A stretch of DNA of 64,000 nt from Squalus acanthias (Eukaryota). Positions within the stretch are counted from its first letter, which is position 1. Each line of letters opens with the position of its first letter. The notes under the pieces are model-generated. The model saw nothing but the letters and a program-made list of their open reading frames with translations, had not been told where the DNA came from and searched no databases. This document shows, piece after piece, positions 23,701 through 38,700 of this stretch. The translations under genes and the position numbers were made by a program. The DNA lies in the NCBI GenBank assembly GCA_030390025.1, contig CM059438.1, positions 77,438,001-77,502,000 of the forward strand, given 5' to 3'.

Positions 23701-26700
23701 GACATTGAAACATTGCATGCAGGCCACCTCTTTAGTCCTTTCAGTGCAATAGTGAGCCTATTGTATTTACACTGCTTTACTGGGGAAAATGGGGCCGTAC
23801 AGCAGGAGCAGACAGCCACCTCTTCTGGCACAGCACCAAAACCGCGCACAATGATGCTGTTCGAAGTGAAAAAAGAACATTACAGAGCCATTTACACAAA
23901 CTCAATGTCAGCTTTTTTTTTACAAATTTAATTAAAGGTAGCCACAAGAAATCCACATCATTGCCAGCAGTTTGTTAACACAATGCAGCAGTCATTTATA
24001 CTTGCAAATCTATAAATTAGCTATCAAATAATTTTTCCAAATTTTCCAATAGATTCCCAGCATTGTTGACACAATAGGGACTAAATCACCCTATGTTGCA
24101 TTGGTGATGCAGTGAATTAGTCATAGAAACATCCAGAACTTATATACATAGTCTCTTTGTAAACAGTGTCATTGTTGGCTGTAGATTCACTATATTCAGC
24201 AGCTAACCGATGTATCTTAGCAATAAATTTCCCTTACTTGGAATGGGGAGGGCAGTAGATAAGACCTTCACATAGTTTAGACAGGTCTTGCACGTGTCAT
24301 AAAAGCAGTCCAGCATGGACCTCCTTGAATTGTTATGTAAAATCCAGTGGTGGTAGTCAAACTTGATTTGGCTGCACTGATTTTTTTAAACTTTTGCTCT
24401 TGTGTTTCTGCATCTTTTATTTCAAGAAATATAATTTTAAGTGTGGTAGTGTGACATTGCTAATGTTAACATGTTAAGTGCATCTTCAATCTCTTAAACC
24501 AATCATCTTGTATTTTAATGACTTAATTAATTCTGCAGCAGATAACTTTTCTCCAATCACTTTAATCATTGCCATGGAAATAGTGCAATATGGGTAATGC
24601 AAGCTACATTACTTTCCAAACCTCTCTGTAGTTAGTGTTATATCTAGATTGTCAATTTTAAAAAAAATAACCGTATGGCTTGTGTGAGCTGTGGCTCAAT
24701 GGATAGCACTCTCACCTCTGAGGCAGAAGGTTGTGGGTTCAAGTCCCACTCCAGAGACGAGTACAAAAAATCTAGGCTTGACGTTAAACCGAGGCCCCGT
24801 CTGCTTCTCTGGTGGACGTAAAAGATCCCATGGCACTATTTTGAAGAAGAGCAGGGGAGTTATCCCTAGTGTCCTGGCCAATATTTATCACTCAATCAAC
24901 ATCACTAAAACAAATTATCTGGTCATTATCACAATACTGTGTGGGAGCTTGCTGTGCGCAAACTGGGCTGCTGCGTTTCCTACATTACAACAGTGACTAC
25001 ACCTCAAAAAGTACATCATTGGCTTGTAAAGTGCTTTGGGACGTCCTGAGGTTGTGAAAGGCGCGATATAAATGCTAGTCTTGGGAGTTTTTTGTTTTAA
25101 AATAAAAAGCCATGCCAAAAGAATTCCATGCTTGAACTGTAAATTTAACTGTCCCCTACAAATATAAAAATTCATTGTCCAGCTGAATGTAGATGAGAGA
25201 GAGAAAGTAGGAAAATGGGTCAGGACTTGCACTGCATATGAGAGGTTTATTGAGAGAGTTCCAAATGGTAGGTTTTGATGAAACTGGCAAACTTTTCACT
25301 CTAATTTCCATGAGTTTAAATTGCACAGATACAAATAATCACAATTAGTGGAGCAAAGAGGATCCAGTGATGACGACAACTACTTTTAAAATCTTTACAC
25401 TGCTTGCCTGTAATATTTTCCCTATTTTCAGTGTATGGTATTGCAGGGTGCTGTTACACAGGCACTTTCTGGTCCTGGTATGACCCTTGTGCATGCTAAA
25501 TCCAAGTGGAGTGTGACTTCTCCCCTACTCCCATTAAGCAGTTATCTCACACAGCTTTTCAGTTTTCATAAGCTTTCATTTAACTTCAGTCTGGTAGGAA
25601 ACCACATTTTTAAAAGTTTGAAATTTTGTATGGAATCTTTTTAATGTTGTAGGGCAGTGACACTGCCGCCCATGGTCTTGGACTTTAAAAAGTAGCTGCC
25701 CAGGGAGCAGTGCTCTGCATGGGTGTTGCTGCAGTGTCAACTTCGCCCTGTGATCTCACCCTCGCCTCTGAGTCAGAATATTGAAGGTTCAATCCTACTC
25801 GAGGACTTGAGCACATAATCTAGGTTTACACTTCAGTGCAATACTGAGGAAGTGCATTATCTAAGGCAGGGGTTCTCGACCTTTTTGCTTCTGAGGCCCC
25901 CCCTGCCCTCCCGTGTTACAAACATTCCGCGGACCCCTGTAACACAGCACAAGTATTTTTTCTGTATAAAGATTTGGAGGGTGGGGGTGGTGGCAACAGT
26001 TTGCCCCACAGTCTGTGGCTGGGGGGGACACAGTTTGCCCCATAGTCTGTGGGTGTGGTCAGTTCCAAGTTTCCAGTCGCATTCAGTTACTGGGCTTTAA
26101 TGACAGCGGAAGGTTCTGGAAACTGCACCGCCAAACAGGCCAAGGAGCGGCTGCACCACCGAGTGGAGCTTCCCGGTAATGGTTTCCGGGGATTACCAAG
26201 CCGGGGCCCGGACTCGATAAACAACGCCCAGCCCACTGAAGCTAATCAGCTGCCCAGGGGCCCTCTCACCCCAGCCAAACCCACACTGTCTTTTTCTCCC
26301 CCCCACCCCGGACCCAGCCTGCATCTCCCTGATTCCGTCCCTGTCCGACTGCAACCTCTCCTGCGATCGGTCCCTCAACCCGACCAAGGGCCCGCCCCCA
26401 GCCGTGGACTTCCCCAGATATGAACCAGCCATTGTCTGGCAGCCCCCTTGAACCCCTGGTCTAAGGTGCTGTCTTTTGGATGAAGCACTAAACTGTATAG
26501 GCAGACATAATAGACCCTAGAACACTATTTACAAAAGAGCGAAACGTTCTCCAAGTATCCTGGCCAACACTTGTCCTTCAACCAACATCACCAAAAAAAG
26601 AGATTAACTGTTTATTTATCTCATTGCTGTTAAACTGCAAAAAGCATATTGCTGGAGAGAAATAAGTAATACAATTCTAAATTATGTACTTAGTTGAACA

Positions 26701-29700
26701 ACTCAAGGTCTTTTACACAGGTTTACATAGTGAAATTTGTGTCATGAGAGGTATGATTTGTACTGTATTTTCCCCTCTTGCAGTGCTTCAGAGAAAAGGA
26801 AAAATTGCATTTTTGTGCCAGAGTAAAATGTAGGAGTACTTTTAAAAAGGATCCACTATACACTACTGCTAATATGAGTAGTTGAAGGTAGATGCTGTTC
26901 CAGCAAGTATGATTAAATGGAACAGCCTGCTGAGGCTAAGAGCCACGTACTAATCCTAATGCATTGATTAATCTCATGCCACTGTTCTTAAGATAACAGA
27001 TCCTCTGAATGCTGAACAGGGGAGTTCTTTAAAGCAATAGAAATGATTCTGTATTCTCCATTCATTGGTGCACTGAAGAATGTATGAAAAGAAGCAGAAC
27101 TTAAATTGTCTGTATGTGAAATGTTGATAAAAATGGCTCAGTATCCTGATTACAGAAAAATGGAGGTCGGTTGCCGTGTGGATGAGCTGCCTGATATATT
27201 CTGCTAATGTTTTGAAAGTTACTGCCGTTGCTGAAGCTTTTCTGTCAAACTTAAGTTCTTTTACTTTACTTTGTGTAGGATAAAGTCACAAATGGACTAG
27301 TACCTTTTTTGGGGGGGGGTGAAGGGGGATGTTTTTCTGTGCTTTAGGCAACTGTAAGAACACTGCCTGATCTCTTTCCGTGCTATATGCCTGCACAAGT
27401 GCCTTGGACTTACCTTCTGGCATGCATTTAATGTAAACAAGCATGCTATCCAAATCTAGCCCCATCTACCGAGAGTCTCTTTTCTCCTTCTCTCTGGCTA
27501 GTCCTCGCAGCCTGCAGTATGAAATTCTCTACCTTCGAAAGCAGCTAGAAAGTGAGCGCAAACAGCTGCACAAGCAGCTGAATGAACTTCTGCGTGAGAA
27601 TCAGGCCTTGTCACGGGCAACTAAAGAACAGCTTGACCAGTAAGTTTATACTCTACATTAATGCGGGCTAAGATGTGCATCTTTTAGTGTTTCACTGTTG
27701 AAGTAATTCATTAAGACACGAATGTCTTTGTTACAAATTTGCCACTGAATATTCTGCTCTGAAGAATGCCCTGGAAGTACAGACTGGGTAGTTTATGAAC
27801 TTTGCGTTAAACTCTGATGCAGGCACGGTCAGTGCATTTGTATAGATTAGAGCCCTACTCGTCTGTGTGGTTCAGCTACTCACTGGCTAAACTATAAAGG
27901 GAGCCCAGACTTTTGTAATCCAAACACAGAATTAAGAGTTGTAATCCAAATTTCAACTGCCATTCAAACTCCAGTCTCCTCATTCCACTTTGACTTTAAA
28001 AGTGCACAGTTGAAACTGAAGATATAACTATCAAGTTCAATATTGGCACTACAGCCTGGAGAAAGATCAGTGTTGCCATGGGATGTTTCTGGATTATGTC
28101 ACTTTTTTTTTTACCTGGTTTACTGAGGGAGGATTTGTAGTGGAATTGGCACAGAACCTTCTGCCTTCATATTCAGTTAGGGGTTTTGTGGGGAGACTCT
28201 GGTTCAGGTGATGACTCCATGGGGTGAACTTAATGCATACGATCTGAAGTTTAGGAGGCTAAGATCTCAGTCTTTGTGGTCTTAATGTGTCCATAGGAAT
28301 TCTGCTGGTCAGTATTGCAAAACTTTTACAATTTCTTTTTTTCTTTTCAAAAGTAAATGAGATCCTGGCATTGTATGTCCTATGTAACATTTGGTAATAA
28401 TCAGGTGGGTGGCTTCAGAATTGTAGTCAGAAGAACATTGAAGTGCTGCAGCCCTTTAATTTGTTGCTCACTCAACATACTTCCTTTTTTCATTATGCTT
28501 CATGTACAGAAGGGAAACATTTAATAAGTTACAGCAAAGTTTTTTTTAAATTACCTACAAAGCATTTAATCTGACCTATTTTTATTTATTTTTTCTTCCG
28601 CAGACTTGCAAAAGAGGTGCAGGAAAAGGACAAAATAATTTATTGCCTGCAGCAGCAGTTAAGGCATCAATCATATGTGCCCTCCACCAGCCAAGCCTCT
28701 TCAGATTCTGAGATATCTGATAGGAACTCTGTTGGTTCACATGAAAGTCAATCAACGACATCTGAGCTGGCACTCATTGGTGAAAACTCAAGTAAGAACC
28801 ATAGTGGTAGACAGCGGAGTTTTCAAAGGAGACTTTCACATAAGTCACCAGGTAAGTTGCATTCTAGCCAAGAAGTGTGAAATTTTAAAGTTTGAGTAAA
28901 TAATGCATTAGTGATTAATATTGGGGAGTAATCTTATTCTGTTGAAACATTTCTTGAAAGGCTTTCTTAAATAAGAACTTTTATTTTTATATAGTACCGT
29001 TCACGGCCTCTGACATCCTTACGCTAGTAAAAGTAATTTTGAAGTGTAGTCACTGTTGTGATGTAGGCAACGTGGCAGCCAATTTGCACACAGCAAGGTC
29101 CCACAAACAGCAATGACATAAGTGATCACTTTGTTATAGCGATGTTTGTTGAAGGATATCTGGAGAACTGTCCTGCTGTTCCGATAATGAATAAGAATGT
29201 TTAGTGGCTGCATTCTGTTACTTTAGAACCAGCACTTCACAGATATCTCATCAGCTTCTTTATAAATGAGCATTTTCTTATTAAAAATAATTGCTTTTCC
29301 AGTACTTATCTGTTTTCACCTCTATACAAATGCTTCCAGATTTCAAAAGTTCCTACTTTCCAAAGCACTATATGTTCATTTTTTTCCTGCGCCCTACCTA
29401 TGTTCTGATTCCCATGTAAACCTTAAACTTTGAAGTGTGTACAATAGTTCCTCTTTTAATTTTAAGAATATGAGGTAGACTGCTTGGTATTGTAGCTTGT
29501 GATTGCTTTGATACATTATGCCACTAAGTGATGGGATGCGGGATAGACCATGCAGCTCCCTACATGGAGGTTCTGGTTGAGTTCCTGTTGGAGAGGTGGG
29601 ATGTAAAGCAGAAGCTTATTGCTTGCCCGTGGGAGGAAGGAAGAAAACATTTGAGATTAAGTTCCTCTTTATAGCTGGTTACAGAGCAGAATTGGCAGTA

Positions 29701-32700
29701 ACTTGCATACGTCACCTGCTTGCAGTTGTATATGATTTTAAAAAGGAAAGGAAAAAAAATTTGAGTGACAATTTAAAAACTAATGATTGTTCTGAAACTT
29801 GAAAATGCTATATTGACTGACACAAATGATGCAGATTAAAAGCTAGACAATTAAATGTTGTACAATATTCCTTTCATTATAAGTCTCATTTTTATAATAT
29901 CCATCACCATGATTAACAAAATCTGCCACCTGTTATTAAGTGATGGATTTTGTATACTACAGTTTCTATCTATGGGAATATTGAATATTGAGGAGAAATA
30001 TATGAATATTGGAAATACAGGCATCTTTTTAATATTCCCAAATTGCAGTTCAATATGGGAAGAACAAATCTTTGTATACACCAAGATATCTGTTCCACGT
30101 AATAACCTAAATTGCCTCATTTTTGTCTTGCAATGAAGGTAAAGTAGCCTTAATGCAAGATGGCAGATTTTGTTAATCATGGCACTGGTGATGGATATTA
30201 TAAAAATGACATCGTTGAGGCATACCTTTTGATAGAAAATATTGCTATCCTCTGACATTGTGAAAGTAATTATCTATAATGTATTAACCTGAAAGCCTTC
30301 AATAGACTTTACAAAGCAAGTGCTGAAAGTTCAGCTGGGGTTGTTTTTCCATCATTGTTTAAGAAGCTACATAATTTATTATTTAATCTGTAAGTGATAC
30401 TGTTCAATTGGAAACAAAAGACAATATGATTGAAATTATTTGGCAATGACACGTGAGAGTTCAGAAGAACTCCACTATTTGCAGTTGCACCACTTGATTT
30501 GTGTCACTTAGAAGTAAAATACTTACAAATGGCAACTTTTGAAGATAGCTTATTTACTATAATTTAAATAGGCCAAGTTCCCTTAAATTAAATCAATTGC
30601 TTCTACTTTCAAAGTGCAAACTCAGCCACTGATATTTGTTATGGAATGAGTATCCATGACCAGAAAATGAATTGTGAAGAGGTAAAACCAGTCAGATTTG
30701 TGCATAGTGGTGTTATGCATGTGAAATGGAGGAAAATTGTTAAAGCTGCTAAGCAGGAATGTAAAGGTACAGTGATGTGCACTAATAAGGAAAGTACTGC
30801 AATCGCTCTAAATTATCTTCTTAAATTGGAAGTTGAGTTCAACAGTTTTGTAAATATTTTAACTGCTAATAAACTAAAGTTTTTGTATGAACTGCATTCT
30901 TTTCAATGTAAGATTCATAAAAGTCAGTTGCCATATGCAGATGTTGAGTTTCTAGGAACTTTTTCTGATCTTTGAAAACTGTAGTTTGACCCGTTTTAAG
31001 GTGAAGAAAATGACTTTTTCTCACCATTTTTCCAGAGGCATTCCTTTTGATACATAGATTTGCTAATTCCACTGTAATCTTTTGTAAGTGATAACAATCT
31101 CGTCTTTAAATTCTGAAACACACAGGTTTCAAAATGTCTCTGGAATATCAGTTGTGATGTTTAGTCCACCGAGCTTTCTGTGAGCATCCATTTCACATTG
31201 CTGTACTGTAGGTTAATACTATTAGTGAAAGCTAAAGCTGGGACACTACTTTATTTATTTAGTATGAAGTGTGTGGTTACAGTATTACCAATGGTTACTT
31301 TATTTCCGTGTTCATTTTGGTTCTGTTCTCTAGACCCAGTGGAAGTGCATATTTCGACCTGTAGATGTGAATATTTAAAAATGTAATGTAGAATATGCTA
31401 AGATTTGATTGTAAACCTTTTAATGTCATGCTTCATTAGATGCTGTCAAATACCAACTTTCTCCAAGTGGTCTCCCAGCAACTAATGCAAACACAAACCT
31501 GCAGAGTGATCCACAGAATAAAGAAGTAAGACTGAGATCTGGACTTTCTGCTTCTCCAGATGGAAAGACACAACTTCTAGGTTTGTATTTATTTATGTTT
31601 CATGCAGATGTTCTGAATACCAAGGTTTTAATGTTTAGAATACTATCTACTGTTATTGAAGAAGCTGATCAATTTTACAATCCCTTCTTTAAAAAAAAAA
31701 TGGAACATAAATTTCAAACACTCCTTCTGCTCTTCCAACTGAGCCATTAGAGAAGCCACAAGTGTTTTATTTCCTCCTTTGTGATGAGACCCATAGCTAG
31801 CATTGAAGCGCATTTGCTGTCCGTCTGCTTTCAGTTGAATAGCAGCCGTTCAATAATGACACATTTACATTGGATCAGACTATCGAGCACCATTTTCAGT
31901 TACTTCCTGAACCAGTTAGTGTAAACGATTGTGACAGCCAACTCATTAGTTTGGCACTCAGTCTGTGCCCATAGTATGTGTGAGTTGTCAGCAAATCATG
32001 TGTAATTATGTCATGTCATAATATTAAGATTCTGTGCGTGGGTGCATGTTTTAAACCATATGCAGTCCTGAAGTAATGCATTATAGCATTAATGCAGGGA
32101 CATGCATGAGTTAAATGTACAGTTTTAGCACATTGCCAGAACCATCCATTATTTAAAAACACGTTTTGGAAAGTAGAAATTGTTGTCGTCATTTTCAGAA
32201 AAAGCACACTCGAATGTGCAAGTAACATGATATAAAGCCAGTTGGAGTAATTTTAGCTTTTGGTGAATAGTGTGAAACGGCAATATTGGATTGGCTGCCT
32301 GTAATGCACCTCTTCCCAGATTCCTTTCCCTTTCCATTGACTTCAATGGAAATTAAAATCGTGAGCTGTATAATGGGCTGCGATTCTGATGTTGCCCGAT
32401 CCAATATTGCCCGTTTTATACTATCACCAAAAGTTAAAATTACCCCCCAATGTGTTAACACATCTGGGTCAGTGTAGGGAACTGCAGGAAAAACATGTAG
32501 CGTTGGCTTGTAGGCTAAGTCTATCTGGGCTAGATATACTTATTTAGTACATCAGAATTGTGTCAGGTCTTATTATATAGGAGAGCTGCAAACCCGGATG
32601 ACTACCAATAATCTGCCACAGTTCAGTTGAAGAACACTTGCCAAAATAAATACCTGGACAATTCACTAAATTCACAATTAGAAGGGGTGGGGAAGGCAAG

Positions 32701-35700
32701 AGAATTGAATTTATGTTGATTTAAGAACTATAAATTGTGGGAGATGTGAAACTACATAGCTCAAACCACATCACATTCTCCTATAATAGCATTTTAATGT
32801 TGACCACAGTTAAAACAAACATAAAATATCTCAATGTAAAGTTCTATTAGTAACAAACTGAATACAGTGGCTTTTGGATATTTGATGTTGCCTGTATAGA
32901 AGTAAATAAAAGTATCGGCAGCAATTAATTGACCTGTTCGCCATTCAGCTTTTCTGTGCATGTTGGTTTAAGGACTGGGTGGGTGGGGGAGGAAATCAGA
33001 ATATTTTCTGTTCCCAATAATCTTCAAACGTGTATTTAGTAGTAAAACGGTAATGAAAATTCATTGAACTTTAAAATTGCTAGTGTATTTTAATGACTGT
33101 GTAGTATTTGGAAAACTCTTTCAGAGAGCAAGCACAGGCACGATGAGGCAAATGGCCTCCTCCTGTGCTGTATAATTCCATTATTCTATGATTTGAATAT
33201 CTTGATGTGTAGTTGAATCTTGGAACATTAGCTATTTCCAAACCAAAAATGTATCTTTACAGCTGAGTTGAAAATATTTTAGCAGTGCAAATTATTTTAT
33301 TAAGATGGTCTTCAACAGTTAAGCATAAATATTTTTTTCACCCATTATTTATGATGTGCAACCAATTCTTTGTATCATGAGATTTACTCTATGAACCTTT
33401 TCATATTGACTTAAGGTTCCTATTACAATTACACTTGGTCACCTGGGCAACACTATCTTCTCTATCTTTTCTCAAGGCATGAACAGACATTGCTATTCTG
33501 TCCCACACCATTTCAAGCAGCAAAAGTTAGATTTCTGTCACAATAGATCCTCATCCTTTGAGTTGACCAGTGCACAGAAGGTGTTGTGCAAGCTACAAGG
33601 ACTGGGTAAAGTGAAAGCTACCCTTGTTCCAGCTTTCATCCTGAAAAATCCACATGTCTTTGTGTATCTTTCAGCACTAATGCTATTAATGCCAGTCCAT
33701 TCCATTCCATATACAGCTCATTAACAATTGACTAGATTGTGTTCATTGCTTTACACCCCTTAATTACTTATACTGCAGTTACTTACTTATTTTTCATAAT
33801 GCTTATGCCATGGGCTTTTACAAAGAGTTCTTGACAAATCTCGAATATCATTTCTGAAATCTACAACATCCTAGGTTTATGTAAAGTCATTGCTGCACCT
33901 TTGTTATACATTTTTACATTTATTATGCCTAGTTTCTTAACTTAATTTTATTTGGGGAATTTATGTATTTTGAAATGTTATTTGTAGCTGAGGTGAGGGG
34001 AATACAAAAATAATACACTTTCACCATCTGCACCACTTTCAAATTCAGCTGGTTCCCCATCTTCATCCCTAAACTCCAGCTTGTTTATAAAGAATGTGTT
34101 CACGATTTGCTATACATTGCACTAGCAGGAAATCTTCCCACTGGTGTGCAATGCTGGATCTGCACAGTGGTGTGGCATTGGGCGTAACTTTCTTTTCATA
34201 TGTTTTTGAACTTATGGGAAAAGTGCTTCCTCCTGAAGTAATCTTTATAAATTGTAAATGGCACCATCGGGATTCCTTTTAAAATCCAATTGCTGCAAAG
34301 AATTATAATTGATGTAATTTTTTTTTCATTGACAACCTTTGGCGCATTTAAAGTGTTGAACTAGCTTGGGGGTGGGGGGGGTGGTAAAGTTACTGAGCCT
34401 GACTGGGTGAAGGAGCTAAATTAATTTCCATTGGAGAGAGCTTTGGTTTCAGATGCATGTTAATTCATCTTCCTTGCTACGTCTATGTCTGTTAATACAT
34501 TTTCTATGTAACTAAATTATCTTTTATTTAAAACAAATCCAATCCGAATGACATTAAATTTACATTTTGAGATTTCTTTGGAATAGTTTAATTATTTTTC
34601 ACAGTGGGGTACTGAAATGGATGTCTTTAAACACTGATTTTCAAATTAATCACCAAGTAATTCTCAAAGATGGATCATTTTTCTTTTTGCCTTCCCAAAA
34701 TACAGAGAATGTGGAAGGCATCCCAGTGCCTCAAGGAGTGTTGCCTACTAGTGACTGGCCAAGTCAGTATGCCAGTAATCAAACATTGTTTGAGCTTCAA
34801 AGAGAGAACTCTATACTTCGGGAGCAACTGATGAACAAGGAAGATCTGAATGAGACACTAAGGACAGAACTTGACTTGCATCGCTCCATTTTGACAGAGA
34901 AACCGCAAAATGATGACGGCCAAATTGCCCATCCACCTGATCACTGTGACCAATCTTTAACAACAGACAAGCAAACGGCAACTTCCACAGAGCCAAAACA
35001 AGATCCTAGCCTAAGTGCTGCAGGTAATAATGTTTTTTTTTATTAACAACTTGCATTTATTAATAACAAACTTGCATTTATATAGCGCATTTATTATTTT
35101 TTTTAAACTATTGAGGCAATTCACAGGCATATGGAAAACTGGCACTGAGTTAGTAAGGGAGAGTGAAAGCTTGGCAGAACAGATGGGTTTTGAGAAGGTT
35201 TCTGAGGAGAGTGAGGGGGCATAAGTTTCAGGGAGGCAATTTAAAAATCTGAGCCAGGCAATTGAACATTTTGCTGCCAGTGCAGGTGTGAAGGAAGAGA
35301 GGATGCACACAAGGCCAGAATCGAAGGCATGGAGTGTTCAGACTGGAGATATAGGGCTGGGAGAAATTGCAGAGATGGGGTGGGGCTAGGCCATGGAGTG
35401 ATTTAAAGATAACTGAGGATTTAAAATTTAATGCACTAGGGGATGGTGTGGTGTGCCAATGTAGGTCAACGAGGACAGGGGTGATAGCCAAGCAAGAATT
35501 TGGACAGGACAGAAATCGTGCATCAGAGTTTTGGACAAGCTGGAGTTTAGGGATGAAGATGGGGAACCAGACCAGCTAGAAGAACTTTGGAGTAGGTGAC
35601 TCGAGAGATGAGGAAGCCATGTGTAAGAATTTCAGTGGTGATGGGGCAGAGGCAGGCGGAGGTAAACAGTCTTTGTGATGGAAAGGATATGGAGTCTGAA

Positions 35701-38700
35701 GCTCTGTTTAGGCTCAAACAGGATACAAAGATTGAGAATGGTCTGGTTTAGCCTGAGTGGTCAAGTTGGGGGGTGAAATCTGTACCAATGGAGCAAGGCT
35801 TGTGGTAAGGGCCAAAGACCCAAACACCAGTCTGCCCAATGTTGAGCTGGAGGAAGGTGTGATTCTTTCACGATTGGATGTCAGACGAGCAGCATGAGGA
35901 AGGAGGAAGGGGCCAAGGGTGGCTTCTTTGGCAACTCGGAAGATTATAGTGCTGGGGAGGCAAGAGAAGCTATTGCTGGAGATGCACAGACTGCGTTCGG
36001 AGAGGTTGGAATGGAATCATTTAATGCAGTCCCACAGAGAAGGTGGAGAGACATTGGAGGAGGATGGCATAGCCAAACTCTGCAGGTAGATTGAGGAGGA
36101 CGAAGAGATCATGCACTGCGGTCACAATCACACCTTGATTCGGGCTGTGTTGTTTTGAGAAGGGCGGAAGCTGGACTGGAGGGATTTGAACAAGGGGTTT
36201 TGGGAGAGATTGGGCACGGAGCTCTATGCACTAGGATGAGAGGTGATGGTTGCTGAGGATAGATGAGCCAAGGGTGGACTTTTGTTTTGAGCAGGATGAT
36301 AACAGTGGTTTTAAAGGGGAGCGGTACAGTGCCTGAAGAGAACCATTAAAAATGTCAGCTAACATGGACTTGGCTGGTCAGGACTTGAGTAGGAAGAGGA
36401 TCAAGGGCGTAGGAGGTAGCTCTCATGGATAAGATTAGCCTGGATAGGGTTGGGGAGATCACTGCCAAAAGACAAGTTCGGGGCAAGAGAGAGTGATGGC
36501 AGACTGGAGGGAGTGTTGAGGGGTCATGGTGAAGGGTGAGGCAGCTATACAGATGATTTCAATCTTGATGAAGAAATGTGTGAGCACCTCACACTTGGCA
36601 CCTGAGATGAGGGTGGAGGGCACAGGGCAAGAGGGGCTTAAGCAGGCAATTGGTCGTTTGGAAAAAAGGTGCCTTGTGTTGTTGTCCTTAAGATAATCCT
36701 GGCATCGTCTGCGGTTTTTGGTGAGGCAAGCGAAACGTGGTAGTGCATGGAGCTTGCTGGTGATGAATGGCTAGGGTTGTTATATGCAAGGTATGTTAGG
36801 TCTGAAAAGGGGCGTAAGGGGTCGTGGACACAAGTACAATATGACAGCCAAGGTGTGTATGTAAATAGACCCAAGTTACATAAACATGACTGAGATTTAG
36901 CTGCTTCAGTGATTTTTCTCAAATGATCTATTGCACTTCATTTGTTGACTATAACTGACACATGTTAGAAAATATCTGTTCTTCCTCCCCCAAAAAATAA
37001 CATTAGTAACTGTCATCAAAAGGCATTAATCTGCAAAGTCACTTCTTAAAGTAAGTCGAAGAGTAAGCTATGTAGGAATACTAGTTGATTTTAGGTTTGC
37101 GCAAGCACAATGGTGTATTTCTCTAAACAGCCTGCAGAACGGAGCAGTGGCAATTGAGGAGCTGTGACACCTTCACGGGTGTTTAGATACCAATCATTGC
37201 TCTAGTAATGTAATTGGTTTAAACTAAATTATTTGAAAAGCTTGCACAATACAATTTTTTTTAGTGTGTTTGATTTTTTTTTTAAACTTCATTTTGTGAA
37301 CACTTCCCCCATTAGGCAACTATCTGAGTACCATTAATAGAATTTAGTTACCAATGTTTCATCTTGTGTTTTGACAAATAATTGGAATAGGGAGGTGGCC
37401 TGCACTCATTGGCTAGACAGATTGATGCTGACTGAAGTGTTGTGAAATGCATACGATTGAGGGGATTCCTCTGCTGATGACATCTAGTGTTTGCAGACAA
37501 TGAATGGTATACAGGGTTTTGTATAGGAATAAAAGTATTGTGAAAAGTAAACTAAAAGCATGGAGGTGATGTAAGGGAATAACTTTAGTACTTCCCTATA
37601 CTGTTATCTTTTCATTTATGTTTCTCCATTTATTTCCGTGGGAATGATGCAAGTGTGGTCGGTGCTAATTCCCACTATTTTTGTGCTTAGAATTATTAGC
37701 AGAACATCTTCACGAAATACGATGTTTAAGGCAACGTTTGGAAGAATCTATTAGAAACAATGACCAGTTAAGACAACAGCTGGAACGTCGACTAGCTGAA
37801 GCTGAACGTGATCCAGGTGAGCCGTACAGTTTGAACTTCCACCTAATCTGGGATCAGTAACTTTAGTCCGGACTTGATTGTGTTTTCAGTGGCCAAAAAA
37901 AAACCAATTCTAAACATGGTCAAAAATGTGGTGTTGAGGTCGGTCTTTCCTTCCCCGGCTAACTGCATGGATCCTATATGAAATTAGTTTGGACAGTCTC
38001 GACTCGTTTCGAAGTGGATGTGGCCCTTTAGCACAAAGCTCCCTGCAATTTGGCATATATTACCACTAAACTAACAACCCAAGAGTGTTACAAGTGTGAG
38101 TTTGAAAAATACTAATATAATAGCAAAATACTGCGGATGCTGGAAATCGAAATAACAACAGAAAACGCTGGAAAAACTCAGCAGGTCAGGCAGCATCCGT
38201 GGAGAGAGAAACAGAGTTAACGTTTCAGGTCGAAGACCTTTTGTCAGAACTTGAAAAATACGCTTGACAGTGTTGAACTTTACTTTATTGTTTTGACAAT
38301 TTGTGTAATTGGAGCCCATTTATGGAGAAATATTCCAATTTTTTAAAATCCCAATTTAAGACTAAATTAGCACAATACTTTATACACCATACAAAATATA
38401 TTATAACTATTTGTAAATACAAAACTATTTGTATTAAAGTCAAGAATCAGCAGTACTAATAAAATTGTACTTGCACCTTCAGCTTCCACAAATATTTTCA
38501 TCCACGGTGCAGAAGAACACAGTCACCTGGCAGATCAGATTCATTACCTGAAGGAACAAAACAAAGCTTTAAAGGAGCAGCTGACGAGAAGCTCCAGAGG
38601 TAGGTGTTGGTGCAGATATTTAAATGACCATGAATGACTACTTCCAGAATCGGTATCTTTTTCAAAACTTCTAGGTCCTATTTTCATAGTCATGTCGCCA

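Noticed and set aside
24690-24760. tRNA gene
   Set aside because: The A/B boxes run straight into a SINE body and no complete cloverleaf is evident.
36760-36805. Box C/D snoRNA (gtgatga...ctga)
   Set aside because: Only about 46 nt long, no terminal stem, and adjacent to degraded LINE sequence.
37122-37187. Imperfect hairpin (tctaaaca...tgtttaga) as a structured RNA
   Set aside because: The 8-bp closing stem could arise by chance, and no snoRNA or miRNA hallmarks are visible.
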